Source of the DNA: an uncultured Planctomycetota bacterium
GTDB taxonomy: Bacteria; Planctomycetota; Planctomycetia; Isosphaerales; Isosphaeraceae
Direction: 5' to 3'
Assembly (NCBI GenBank): GCA_963845755.1
Contig: CAWJTV010000009.1
Span: 224,001 to 288,000, forward strand
DNA: 64,000 bases
Both the position numbers and the translations under genes were made by a program. Under the pieces are notes generated by a model that did no database searches, was not told the origin of the DNA, and saw only the letters and a list, made by a program, of their open reading frames with translations. Shown here in pieces: positions 33,832-45,017 of this stretch. The number at the start of each line of letters is the position of its first letter. The stretch's first letter is position 1.

Positions 33832-36800
33832 GGGTGAATATCCCTTCCGGCTGGGCCGACTCTGGCGTGTTGGGAATCGGCGCGCGGGTCGGCCAGGTCA
33901 CGAATGACACGGTCGGCCGCAAAGTGTGCCCGCTGCGTCGACCGGGTTCGACCTGGCAGCCGAAGGACTTTCCCTCGTGCATGCTCGTGTTCTGCTCGCA
34001 GACCAGGGAGGTCAGGTCGTTGGCATTGCCTCCGACGACCTGTCCGGCGAATCCCCAGTGGAATGGGAGACCAACCTGGTGGATCACCCGCCCGTTGAAC
34101 GACGAGCGGACGCATCCTCCGGGTCACCATGGCACGCACCTCGATGCGGCCACGCGCCGAGCTGACTGTCACCCAGCCGCCGTGGACGATCCCGCGCTCG
34201 TCGGCCAGTTCCGGGCTGAGTTCGACGAACATCTCCGGCTGCAATTCATTGAGCCAGGAGTTGAACCGGCTCATCGGCCCGCTCAGGTAGTGCTCGGTGA
34301 GTCGGTACGTGGTAGCCACCACGGGGAACTCGGTCTCGGGCGTGTGTACCAGACGGTTGCGAGGGCCTGGGAAGATGCGCACACCCGGTGTGCACATGTG
34401 CCCGGGATAAAGTAGGTTGCCGACCGGCGACTCGAGGGGCTCGTAGTGCGTCGGCAGAGGACCGTCCTTGACGCCGGTAGGGGCGAAGAGCCAGGCGACG
34501 CCGTCGGGCTTCATGATGAACGGGTTGTCGCCAGCGATGGCCGCCATCCCGATCGCGCCGGGCGCCGGGCGATAGTCGGGGGGCTTGCTCGGCTCGAAGT
34601 CCGGCCGGTCGAGACCCACCCAAAGGTGCTTCTCGGCATCCCACCAGACGAGCTTCTTCCGCTCCGACCAGGGCCGGCCCTCGGGATCGGCCGAGGCGCG
34701 GTTGAAGAGGACGCGGCGGTTGTCCGGCCAGGCGAACCCCCAGTCCGGCTCGAGTGGATTGTCCGAACGCCGGCGCTCGCGCGCCCGGTTGCGGCCGTGC
34801 TCGGGGGTGACTCCGCTGTAAATCCAGATGCCGCAGGCCGTCGTCCCGTCGTCCTTCAGCTCCGAGAAACCGGTCAGCAGACGCGGTCGACCGGTGCGCG
34901 GGTCGACCTCGTCGAGCTTGTACCCGTTCATCTCCATCAGGACTTTTTCGGCGTCAACATCGTCCGCGATGCGGCTGATCGAGCCATCGGGGAGCCGCGG
35001 CGGTTCGTCGTAGTCGTACTCCCAGGTGAGGTTGAGCAGTGGCTGATCCTTGGGATCGGTCGAGCCGGCATAACGTTGCCGGAGCCGCTTGCCGAGGTTG
35101 TAGACGAACCAGGAATCGGAGCGGCAATCACCGGGCGGGTCGATCGCCTTGGTGTGCCATTGAAGCAGCCGCTGCGTATTGGTCAGGGTCCCGTCGGTTT
35201 CCGGATTGGCCGCAGCCGGGATGAGGAAGACCTCGGTCTTGATCTCGGAAGGTGGCGGGCCGTTCGGGTCGTTCTTCCAGAAAGTGGCGCTCTCGGTCTC
35301 GAACCAGTCGAGCACGACGAGCCATTCCAGGTTGCGGAGGCCCGCACGGTGCAGCCCCGCGTTCAGGCCGCCGCCTCCCGGGTTCTGGCCGAAGAGGAAG
35401 TAGCCCTTCAGCTCGCCGCGGGACATGCGGTTGAAGGTCGGCAGTTGCGAGTGGTCGCACTCGATGCGCGGCAGCCAGCCGTACCGGAAGTCGTTCTCCG
35501 GTCGGGCGACGTCCCCGTACCACGCCTTGAGCAGGCTGACGATGTATTCGCGGAAGTGGGACCAGTAGCCGGCGGCCATGCCGTCGTGCGCGACGTAGGA
35601 ATCCAGCGTGTCATGGGCCTCGTCGGCCGCGGGCTGCGGCAGATAGCCGGGCAGGACATCATAGAGGGTCCCGACGTCCGTCGAGCCCTGGATGCTGGAA
35701 TGGCCCCGCATGGCCAGGATGCCGCCGCCCGGCCGGCCGATGTTGCCGAGCAGGAGCTGCATGATGCCCCCCGCGCGGATCATCTGGGCGCCGGTGGCAT
35801 GCTGGGTCCAGCCCAGGGCGTAGACCAGGACGCTCGTCCGTTCGCGACCGGAGTTGGCGCAGAGCAGTTCGGCGACCCGCGCGAACTCCTCCGGCGAGCA
35901 TCCGCACACCTGAGAAACCATCTCCGGGGTATACCGGGAGAAGTGGCGTTTCAGGATCTGGAAGACGCAACGGGGGTGCTGCAAGGTCGGGTCGCGTGCC
36001 GGCTGGTCGTCGGGTTTGGATGTCATCTCCGATCGCGATCCAGTGTGCGGCCGGGCCCCGCCATCGATGGCGTAGCCGTGGACCCCCTTGCGGTGCTCCG
36101 TCGAGAGCCCCGGCGAGGCGGTCGGATCGACCAGACGCTCCTCGGCGCGGCCGCTGGGCGAGCCCTCGTAGCCCCAGCGTCCGCTCACCACGTCATAGAC
36201 GCCGGTCTCCGGGTCAAGTCCGCTGAACAGTCCGTCCAGGTCCTCGGTGTCCTGGAAGCCCTCCTGGATCAGGGTCGCCGCATTCGTGTAATGCAAAACG
36301 TAATCCTTGAACCAACGGTCATGGGTCAAGATATAGTTAATAACTCCGCCGAGGAACGCGATGTCGGAGCCGGCCCGGATCGGCACGTAGAGGTCGCAAA
36401 GTGCCGACGTCCGCGAGAAATGCGGGTCGACGTGGATCAACGTGGCGCCGCGTTCCTTGGCCTTCATGGGCCAGCGGAAGCCGACGGGGTGGGCCTCCGC
36501 CATGTTCGAGCCCATGAACAAGATGCAATCGCTATTCGGCAGATCCTGCTGGTAATTGGTGGCCGCGCCGCGGCCGAGCGAGGCGCCCAGACCGGGCACC
36601 GAGGCGGAGTGTCAGGTTCGGGCCTGATTCTCGACGGAGACCACTCCGAGGCCGCCGGTGAACAGCTTCTTGATCAGGTAGTTATCTTCGATGTTCAGGG
36701 TGGCACCGCCGAGCGTCCCCATGTTCCTCACCGAATTCAGCGTGCGACCTTCCGGATCGCGCACCGTGAAGTCGGCGTCCCGCGCCGCCTTGACGCGGAG

Positions 36801-37161
36801 GGCGATCTGGTCGAGCGCCCAGTCGAGGGTTCGGGTCTCCCATTTTTCGGAGTAGGGAGCCCGGTAGAGGACCGTCTTCACCCGGTGCGGGTTGACGGCC
36901 AGGAGCAACGCGTTCGAACCCTTCGGGCAAAGTGTGCCCTCATTGATCGGGCTGCGCGGGTCTCCCTCGATATCGATGAGCTGGCCAGCCTTGGTGTAGA
37001 TGAGCTGGCTGCAGCCGACGGCGCAGATAGGGGCAGAGGCCGTCCGTCACGGTCGCGCCGCGCAGCCGCGAGGCCTTCTCCGCCGTCCGGGGGCTGAGTG
37101 GCTGGGTATGGGGTCGCGACGGTTGCGAGCGGGCCACGAAGGGTAATTTGAACATCGTCAT
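33821..37161 (-). CDS. Selenocysteine-containing formate dehydrogenase alpha subunit (FdnG/FdoG-like); apparent frameshifts at ~37027 and ~34095
   Basis: CPY-CAVGC...LCPKG; ENQART-UGA-HSASVPGLGASLGRGAAT in frame; GSNMAEAHP, RGHSSIQG, LPTHYEP and TTYRLTEH motifs. Confidence 0.93.
36582..36614 (-). promoter_or_regulatory. Sec UGA codon plus bacterial SECIS hairpin
   Basis: UGA at 36614-36612, 11-nt spacer, then stem-loop GGUGCCC-GGUCU-GGGCGCC (36600-36582). Confidence 0.88.
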
Positions 37162-37177
37162 CCCCTTAATTTTACTG

Positions 37178-37239
37178 GCTGTTTCAAAACGGGGACTGGC
37201 TCCGAGTCTTCGAGGTGCCTGGCCCCCTTTTGAAACAGC
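37178..37239. repeat. REP/MITE-like inverted-repeat element just upstream of fdh
   Basis: Perfect 12-bp arms gctgtttcaaaa / ttttgaaacagc with inner gggg/cccc pairing. Confidence 0.75.
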
Positions 37240-37474
37240 TTTTTAACGCAGAGCGGGAATCAATAATCGATTGCTTCCACGTCGAGGATCGAGACGAAAC
37301 CTCCAACGAGCGTCTCAGTCTACTCCGGTGCGAGACGATCCGAAAGGCCGAGGCTTCGTTCAAGCCCGGCAGCGGAGTAGCGGCCGAACAGGGCCAAGGC
37401 TTCGTCCCACGAGATGGGCGACATCTTTGTCGCTCGCGGCGTCGAAGGTCCGGGCTCGCTGACCATGTTCGGGA

Positions 37475-37972
37475 TCATCGGATATCCGGGATGCCGGGAT
37501 GGTCCGCGGGTCGGGGGCCGGGGGCCGGCCAAAAGAAGCTGCGGTCCTGCTCGCGGATCGGAACGTCGTTGATACTCGCCTCACGGCGGCGCATCAGCCC
37601 CGACTCGTCGAATTCCCACAGCTCGTTGCCGTAGCTGCGGAACCAGTTACCCGCGTCGTCGTGCCACTCGTAGCGGAAGCGGACGGCGATGCGGTCGTCG
37701 GTGAATGCCCAGAGCGCCTTGGCCAGCCGGTAGTCGAGCTCCCGAGCCCACTTGCCGGCGAGGAAAGCCCGGATCTGGTCGCGGCCAGTCACGAACTCGC
37801 CGCGGTTCCGCCAGGCCGAGTCCTCAGTGTAGGCGAGGGCCACGCGGGCCGGGTCGCGCGAGTTCCAGGCATCCTCGGCCGCACGTACTTTCCGGACGGC
37901 CGACTCCGGCGTGAACGGCGGGACGATCGCCGAGGGCGTTCGGGTCGTGGGTGTCATCGATGTGGTCTCCAT
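37475..37972 (-). CDS. DUF1348 / NTF2-like (SnoaL-like) protein
   Basis: [24 protein letters not shown] and [10 protein letters not shown] motifs. Confidence 0.92.
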   Translation of the reverse strand: METTSMTPTTRTPSAIVPPFTPESAVRKVRAAEDAWNSRDPARVALAYTEDSAWRNRGEFVTGRDQIRAFLAGKWARELDYRLAKALWAFTDDRIAVRFRYEWHDDAGNWFRSYGNELWEFDESGLMRRREASINDVPIREQDRSFFWPAPGPRPADHPGIPDIR

Positions 37973-38038
37973 CTCGGGAATCGCGGCCGGCGAAGCTGAG
38001 ACGTCCGCGCCGCCAATTGTTCGCGCAGCCAGCCGCCG

Positions 38039-38242
38039 TCACAGTTGCAGCCAGAGCGCCACCAGGTCTTGCTTCTCCTCCTTCGACGGCTTCAATGCTA
38101 ATACAAGGTTGAAAAACTCGACAGTGTCCTCCAGGTTCAGGCAGCGGCCGTCGTGCAGGTACGGCGGACAATCCTTGATGCCGCGCAGCGTGAAGCTCTT
38201 GATCGGGCCGTCTCCTGTCTCACCTTTCAGGAATCCCTCCAT
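38039..38242 (-). pseudogene. C-terminal fragment of a cytochrome c peroxidase-like protein
   Basis: GPIKSFTLRGIKDCPPYLHDGRCLNLEDTVEFFN; no CxxCH or N-terminus present. Confidence 0.7.
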
Positions 38243-38336
38243 TCGTGTCAAGAAAGTCGCAATCCGCGGGTTACGAATCCGCGCACCAGTTGATGAGCGT
38301 AGCAGAGTGGACATCGAGATTGATTAACGGCACCGG

Positions 38337-38975
38337 TCAGCCGCCGAGCGGGTTGGCGGCGATGAAGTCGCAGAAGTTCGGCCGGCGGTAGCCAGGCAGT
38401 GTCCGTTCGAGCACGTCGGAGTTCATCGTGCCGAATGTCGTCACGGGCTTGTGGGCGAAGCCGTCGGTGAACGCCTGGACGATCCCACGCTTGAAGTCGA
38501 TTCGCGGGTATGCGGCAAGTACGGCGTCCCGGTCGCCAGCCAGGATCTCGCCGAGCCCATCGCCGAGGACATCCGCCTCGACCCCGCCCGTGATGAGCGC
38601 GATCTCCGGCCGCTTGTGCCAGGGGATTTCCGGCGTCGTGTGAAGGGCGATCGCGTCCCATACGATCCCGACCGACGCTTCGTCGATGCCGTTGGACCGC
38701 AGGAATTCTCGGGCCGCGTTCGCACTATCAATCTCGAACCGGTGGTCCTGACTGCGATACTTCGCGGTGAGCCCGAGGTCGTGGAATACCGCCCCGAAGT
38801 ACAGTAACTCGTGATCGAACGTCAGCCCACGGTGACAGCCCCGGATCGCTCCGAACAGGTAAACCCTCAGCGAATGGGCGAGCAGCAGCGCCGTGCCGTG
38901 TTCCCGTAGCAGGTCGGTCGCCTCCCGGGCCAACTTGCTGTCGGGGATTCGAATTCCCGCGATGACTTCAGACAT
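38337..38975 (-). CDS. HD-domain metal-dependent hydrolase
   Basis: IPDSKLA, HSLRVY, FHDLG, RFEIDSA, AIALHT and GVEADV motifs. Confidence 0.9.
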   Translation of the reverse strand: MSEVIAGIRIPDSKLAREATDLLREHGTALLLAHSLRVYLFGAIRGCHRGLTFDHELLYFGAVFHDLGLTAKYRSQDHRFEIDSANAAREFLRSNGIDEASVGIVWDAIALHTTPEIPWHKRPEIALITGGVEADVLGDGLGEILAGDRDAVLAAYPRIDFKRGIVQAFTDGFAHKPVTTFGTMNSDVLERTLPGYRRPNFCDFIAANPLGG

Positions 38976-39054
38976 GATCCCACTCCAAGAAAGAAATACT
39001 CGATGTCACCCCCGGTGGGCGGGTCCGACGGGACCTGGACGTTGACGGCCGCGT

Positions 39055-39501
39055 TCACGGTGGAGGCGAGCCAGCACCAATGAGTCTTGTGTCAATCTGG
39101 GCTCGGGAAACCAGCGTGCGATGAACCGGACATTTGTCGGCGATCTCCAACAGTTTGCGTTGTTGCTCCTCGGATAGATCCCCGGCGAAGGAGATCCCCA
39201 CTTCAATACGATCGACCATCCCGACCTTGGTCTCGCACTCAGCACAATCCTCAGCATGGACTCTCGCGTAGGACAGGCTGACTTGGACTCCCTGAAGAGG
39301 CCACTGTTTCCGCTCGGCATACATTCGAACCGTCATGCTGGTACATGCCCCCAGCGCGGCCAGGAGCAACTCATACGGGTTGGGACCCGCATCATTGCCA
39401 CCGAACTCGTTCGGTTCGTCCGCCTGAAGCACGTGAGGCCCAACGGATATGATCTGATCATATCTCGAATTTCCGGAATTGACGCGCACACCTCTGGGCA
39501 T
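39055..39501 (-). CDS. OsmC-family protein
   Basis: ADEP..GG.DAGPNPYELLLAALGACT and IADKCPVHRTL motifs. Confidence 0.93.
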   Translation of the reverse strand: MPRGVRVNSGNSRYDQIISVGPHVLQADEPNEFGGNDAGPNPYELLLAALGACTSMTVRMYAERKQWPLQGVQVSLSYARVHAEDCAECETKVGMVDRIEVGISFAGDLSEEQQRKLLEIADKCPVHRTLVSRAQIDTRLIGAGSPPP

Positions 39502-39509
39502 GGTCTCTC

Positions 39510-39780
39510 TCCTGTATTCGGTTGCCCGGTCATGCTCAGGATCCCGCCCATGTCCTGCACGATCTTGCCATAGGCGGCCTACTTCGAGTAGGGTCTGGTG
39601 TCGCCGAACCCCGAGGTTGCCCCGTAGATAAGGTTCGGGTATTTGGCGTGCAAGGTCTCCCAGCCGTAGCCGAGCTTTTTCATCGTTCCGGGCCGGACGT
39701 TCTCAACCAGGACCTCGGCGATGCCGACGATCCCCTCGAAGATTTCGCGGTCGGGGGCCGGTTTCAGGTTGAGGGCGATT
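39510..39780 (-). pseudogene. Internal fragment of a class III CoA-transferase (CaiB/BaiF family)
   Basis: IALNLK...VLVENVRPGTMKKLGYGWETL...LIYGATSGFG...PYSK*AAY...MGGILSMTG, with an in-frame TAG. Confidence 0.8.
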
Positions 39781-40139
39781 ACTCGCGTCGGCCGTCATAC
39801 TCTTAAGCGTGGCAAGGAGTCAATGGGCGCGATGAACTCGGTGCCGAGGCGGATTCGCCGCTATCCCGGTTGCCCGCCTGGTCGAAGGCCACACCACCGG
39901 CGTCGTGCAGCATATCAAGATCACATCTCGGGACTGGTCGGTCGGGAAGAGGCAATCCCACGCCGTCCGGGTCGCGATCCGTCCACCCGCTGACTGACTG
40001 AGCAGAGCGGGTGGACATCGTCCCGTATTCGGACTCAGTCCTTCTTGAGCGAGATGAAGGACTCGTGGTGCGGGTGGTAGAACCGGATGTCGAGAGTTCG
40101 CAGGTAGGTGTGCAGGCCGGCGTCCTGGATCGGGATCAG

Positions 40140-40485
40140 GTGCGCCGGCACCCCGATTCGTTGTAGTTACAAGGCGCAAGCGAACCAGGACTACGCGGAG
40201 GCATTCCAGCAGGCCGGGCTGGGAACGATCCATGATCAGCCATCGCGTGTGGCTGCAATGATAGACGCATCGGCCGCGCGCGGGCGCTTGTGGCTGCCGT
40301 GTACGACTGGGCGGTCTGCGCCGCCGACAAGGCACAGCGCGGTTGGCTGTTGGAGGTGGCGCGGCAAACCGACTCGAGCTCGGGCGGCTGGCGCGAGCGC
40401 GTTCTCGATCCGGCCGTATGGGAGGATCGACCGGCGTTGGCGGAATTGGCCCGGACCGCGCCGGTGGCGAGCGAGTCCGTCTTAG
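40140..40485 (+). pseudogene. Internal fragment of a planctomycete Ser/Thr kinase-TPR-type protein
   Basis: YAEAFQQAGLG...DWAVC...WLLEVARQTD..WRERVLDPAVWEDRPALAELA over two frames. Confidence 0.6.
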
Positions 40486-41162
40486 TCCCTCACCGACGTC
40501 CGTACTGGAATGGTCGAGGTCAATTGGTCGCCGAGTTTGTTGAGCTCGCGGACGACGGCATTCTCCGATCTCTGGCCGCTACGGGAGATCGCCGTGCCCG
40601 TGGACTGCCCCTGTCGGACCAGTTCCGCGAGGGTCGTGAACAGACCGTTGGAGATGTCAACCTCTTCGGTATTCGCCTGTTGATCTGCGAGTCCACGGGC
40701 CACGTCGAGCCCTTGTTCTTCACGGGCGACATCCGCTCCGCCCAGGTCGAGCAATTCGCGATCCCGGCGGATGGCGGCTGCAATCGCATCAGCGTCGTGC
40801 CGGCTCTGACTCTGGTACAGTTTGACGTTCAGTTTATCGATCGCGACGACCGCTCGTCTGGCGAACTGCGCACCGGCTGCCTGGACCTCGCGATAGGAGT
40901 CGCCCAGTGATTGCAGCGTCGTGGCCTGGATGGCCGCGACCTGTTGATAAGCCGCGCCGGCTGGGGACGGGGTCGGGGTCATGTCAGGTTTGGGGCTGAT
41001 GGGCACCGAGTTGGTAGGCGAGGTGCCGGCCAGCACAAGCCGACCTTCGAGGGCTTCGACAACCGGCCCAACCTGCCGACGGCGCCGGTCGCGACGAGAT
41101 TTTGGGCGGGGTAGGTGCCAGGCTCCCGTCAGTCGTGCACCGGCCCTGGTTTGAGCGGCCAT
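40482..41162 (-). CDS. Hypothetical protein with planctomycete extracellular (LEPR-XLL-like) N-terminal motif
   Basis: RRRRQVGPVVEALEGRLVLA followed by a Pro/Thr linker and a helical domain. Confidence 0.65.
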   Translation of the reverse strand: MAAQTRAGARLTGAWHLPRPKSRRDRRRRQVGPVVEALEGRLVLAGTSPTNSVPISPKPDMTPTPSPAGAAYQQVAAIQATTLQSLGDSYREVQAAGAQFARRAVVAIDKLNVKLYQSQSRHDADAIAAAIRRDRELLDLGGADVAREEQGLDVARGLADQQANTEEVDISNGLFTTLAELVRQGQSTGTAISRSGQRSENAVVRELNKLGDQLTSTIPVRTSVRD

Positions 41163-41353
41163 GAGATCATTACCTTCAGTCGTGCCGGGGCGCAAAGGCG
41201 TAATCCACTATGCGGCAGTCTATCATACTCCGAATCGAGCGGGGGATTTGGGAGGAGATCGCCGCCGGCGCCCGGTGTGCCGATTCGGAGGCGAGTGCCT
41301 CGAAGGTTGCCACGCAAGGCGTGACGAACTCGGGTGAGCCAGCGAAAACCGCC

Positions 41354-44300
41354 TTACTCCTGGGGGCGCCGCGAGTGGCGGCGCAGCTCGTCGATTGGGA
41401 GGTTTTCCAGGAGTGGCCCCAGGCGCCCGATCAGATCGGTGAGGGATTCGAAAGCGGCTGCGGCATCAACGAGCACGCCACCGGCTCCCATCGCCTCGAG
41501 CAGGGCGGCGGCCTGGGCCGCTCTGGCCGAGAAGGTCGAGAGCAGGCCGCGCAACTGGTGGGCCGATTCCCGCAGCCGGGCCGGGTCTTGTCGGGTGATG
41601 GACCCCTGAACTCGGGCCAGGGAACCCGCCACGTTGTTCTGGAAGACGCCGATCAGCTTGTCCAGGAGCACCGGGTCGTCGTCGCAGGCCGCGAGCAGCG
41701 CCTCGGCGTCGATCACGGAATCGGCCTCGGTCGACGCGGCAACAGGCGCCTCGGATGCCGGCCGACCGGCCCGCACGCGATCGATGACCGCGAATAGCTC
41801 CGCGGCGCGGATGGGTTTGGGCAGGTAGTCGTCCATGCCCGCCCGAAGACACCGTTCGCGATCCCCCCTCATCGAGTGGGCCGTCAGCGCGACGACCGGC
41901 AGGTGTCCTCCCGCGATCTGCTCACGATGTCGCAGTGCCTCGATCACCTGGAACCCGTCGAGTTCGGGCATCTGGATGTCGAGGAGCATCAGGTCGAACG
42001 GGCTCAGGTCCAGGGCCTCGAGGGCCTTGCGACCATCGCGCGCGATGACGACCTCGTGGCCTCGACGGCGTAGGAGATGGTCGACGAGCTGCTGGTTGAG
42101 GAGGTTATCCTCGGCCAGCAGGATCCGCAGCCGGGCCGTCGCCGGGGCCGGATCGTCGGGAGCGATGGGCGGCTCGTCCTCGGCCAGAGACCGTGCCGTG
42201 CGTTCGCTCGCAGTCTCGGTTGGTAGCGGCCGGGAGAGCACCCGGTAGATGATCTCGAGCAGCTCCTCCTGCTGGACCGGCTTCATCGCGTAAGCGCCGA
42301 TCCCCCGTTCGCGGAAGCGGGCGACCTCACCCTGGAGGTCGTCGGAGGTCAGGAGGATGATCCGGGTCCGCGGCGTGCTCCGGGCTCTGGAGGATGCGCT
42401 CGGCCAGGGCCAGGCCGTCGATCCCGGGCATCCGGGAGTCGAGCACCACCAGGGCAAACGGCCGGCCCGAGGCCGACGCACGCCACAGGGCATCGAGCGC
42501 CTCCAGGCCATCGGCGACCGCCGTCGGCTCAGTCCGCCAGCCGCGAAACCATTCCTCGAGGATGTGGCGATTGGTCGCGTTGTCGTCCACGACCAGGACG
42601 CGGAGGCCCTGGAGCTCCACCAGGGGCCGCACCAAGGGCCGATCGGGCTGGTCAACTTGCAGGCCGAACCGCGCCGTGAAATGAAACAGACTGCCCCGGC
42701 CCGGTTCGCTCTCGACACCGATCTCGCCGTGCATCAGGGCGACCAGTCGCGTCGCGATCGAGAGGCCCAGCCCCGTCCCACCGTACCGGCGGGTCAACGA
42801 GTTGTCCTCTTGCTCAAATGCCTGGAAGATCTTCTGCTGCTTGTCGAGCAGGATGCCGATGCCCGTATCGCTGACCGAGAAGCGCAGGACCTGGGATCGG
42901 CCGGATGGGCCCTCCGGCAGGCTAGGTTCCGCGCCCTCGTCGATCGGGCCGGCCTCGATGCGGACGACAACTTCACCATCCTCGGTGAACTTGATGGCGT
43001 TGCCGACGAGATTGATCAGGATCTGCCGCAGTCGTCCGGCATCGCCGAAGAGGGCATCGGGGACGTCCGGCTGAATCTGACAGACGAGCTCCAGCCCTTT
43101 CTTGTCGGCGCGGATGGCCAAGGCACGCAACGTCTCTCCCAGTATGTGCCGCAGCGAGAACCCGGCGGGGTCCAGCTCCAGCTTGCCCGCCTCGATCTTG
43201 GAGAAGTCGAGGAGGTCGTTGATCACATCGAGCAATGCATCGGCCGATGACTTGACGATCGTCAGGTACTTCTTCTGCTCCTCCGAGCGTGGGGTATCGA
43301 TGGCCAGCTCGGTCATGCCGAGGATGGCGTTCATCGGCGTGCGGATCTCATGGCTGACGTTGGCCAGGAACTCGCTCTTGGCCCTGCTGGCCGCCTCGGC
43401 CGCCTCCTTCGCCCGGCGGAGTTCGTCCTCCTGAATCTTGCGTTCGATCCCCAAGACGATTACGTCCGCCACCGACCCGAGCAACTGGAGCACGGCTTTC
43501 GGGAAAGGTCCTTGGAAATAGATAGCCAGGACCCCCCTCAGCCGGTCTTCCACGACCGGGGGGTAACCTGCGAACCCGACCATTCCCTCACGCCTGGCCC
43601 ACCCTGGGTCGCTGACGCGGGGGTCGCCGACCAGGTCGTTGGAGAGATAGGGCCGGCGACTCATGAACAATCAACCCGATCTTGAACCGGCCGACCGGGA
43701 CGCAGCTATGGGAGCCATCAATGTGTGTGTACCGGCCGGCACTAGTGCTTTGTCACAGCTAAGAATTAGGGTTGGGGGATTCTGTCCGGGCGAGCATGGT
43801 GTGAAACAGGGTGGTAGTTCGCATAAACCAAGTGAGGATCTGTGGGCTGACGGACCAGGCGTAGGATGAGTTGCTTCGTTGACTTCGTTCCCTTCTGTTC
43901 AAGGCTTGTTTGCAGTCCCATCCTGGAACAGAAGAAAACGGAGGAAACGAAGGAGAATCCCATTCACGTTTCCTCTGTGGTGAGTCGGTCCCTTGTTGCC
44001 ACCTCACCTCTCGCTCGCGACGGCCGCTGCAAAATCGCTTCCCTCAACCCGAAATCTTAGCTGTGACAAAGCACTAGCCTGTAGCACCAGCATGTCCTCC
44101 CCCGGACCGAGCGTCCAGATCCGGGCGAAGGCCGCGTCGAGGTGTTGCACCACGGCCTCGGCGCAGGGCTGGAGGATCCCCCGTAGCGAGTCGCCCCGAG
44201 TCAACGCGAGCCCCACGTCTCGGCCCAGTTCTGCCAGGCGTGCGCGCTTCGCCTCCCCCTCCTCCGCGCACTTCTGGTCTTCGATGTCGATGCAGGAACC

Positions 44301-45010
44301 AAACCACTTCGTGATCCGGCCTGAGTCGTCGCGAAGGGGCAGCGCCCGGGCGAGATGCCAACGATAGGCGCCGTCGAACCGGCGTAGCCGGTATTCGATC
44401 TCATAAAATTCGCCGGTCGCGACCGAGCGGGACCACAGCTCCCGACAGCGCGGCAGGTCGTCGGGATGGATGGTCGGTTGCCAGTTCCAGCCCCGGAGCT
44501 GCTCCGGGGTCAGGCCGGTGCACTCGGTGTTGCGGGCGTTGAAGTAGTCGTGGGCGCCGTCCGGCTCGGCGGTCCAGACCATATGCGGCAGCGCCTCAGC
44601 CAGGGTGCGGAACCGCCGCTCGCTCTCGCGCAGCGCCTCCTCGGCCCGCTTGCGGGCGGTGATATCCATCATGGCCCCGATCATCCGGGTCGCCTGGCCG
44701 TCGGCATCCCGCAGGATGTAGCCCCGGTCGTACACATCCTTGTACGACCCATCGGCGAAGCGGAACCGGTACTCGTCAACCCAGGACTGTTCCTTCCCGC
44801 GGACCACGTCGAAAAACAAAGCCTCGACCGCCTCGAGGTCTTCGGGGTGAATCCGTTCGAGCCACCAAGCCGGGTCCGCTTCGTCGTTTTCGAGGCGGTA
44901 GACGAACAACGTGAGAACGCCTACATACCACCAGACCTTGTTCGTTCCCAGGTCCCAGTCCCAAACCGTGTCGTTCGTTGCCCTCGCTAAGTTGCGGAAC
45001 CGCTGCTCGC
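41354..45010 (-). pseudogene. Hybrid sensor histidine kinase (PAS-PAS-GAF-HisKA-HATPase-REC-REC-Hpt), 5'-truncated, MITE-disrupted and frameshifted
   Basis: [48 protein letters not shown] and ESAHQLRG motifs in ORFs 44004..44909, 42327..43670 and 41354..42718. Confidence 0.9.
43743..44076. mobile_element. Non-autonomous MITE with IS630-type ends
   Basis: 38-bp imperfect TIR (3 mismatches) ctagtgctttgtcacagctaaga..., CTAG at 43742 and 44074, no transposase; splits the GAF motif LQAS|AGRYTHIDG. Confidence 0.92.
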
Positions 45011-45017
45011 TGGCGCG

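Noticed and set aside
36612..36614. Premature stop making FDH a pseudogene or two genes
   Set aside because: The UGA is at the catalytic Sec position and is followed by a SECIS-like hairpin.
19583..44076. Composite transposon bounded by the IS630 and the MITE carrying the efflux and fdh-cyd genes
   Set aside because: Each element sits inside its own host gene whose two halves rejoin, so they are independent insertions.
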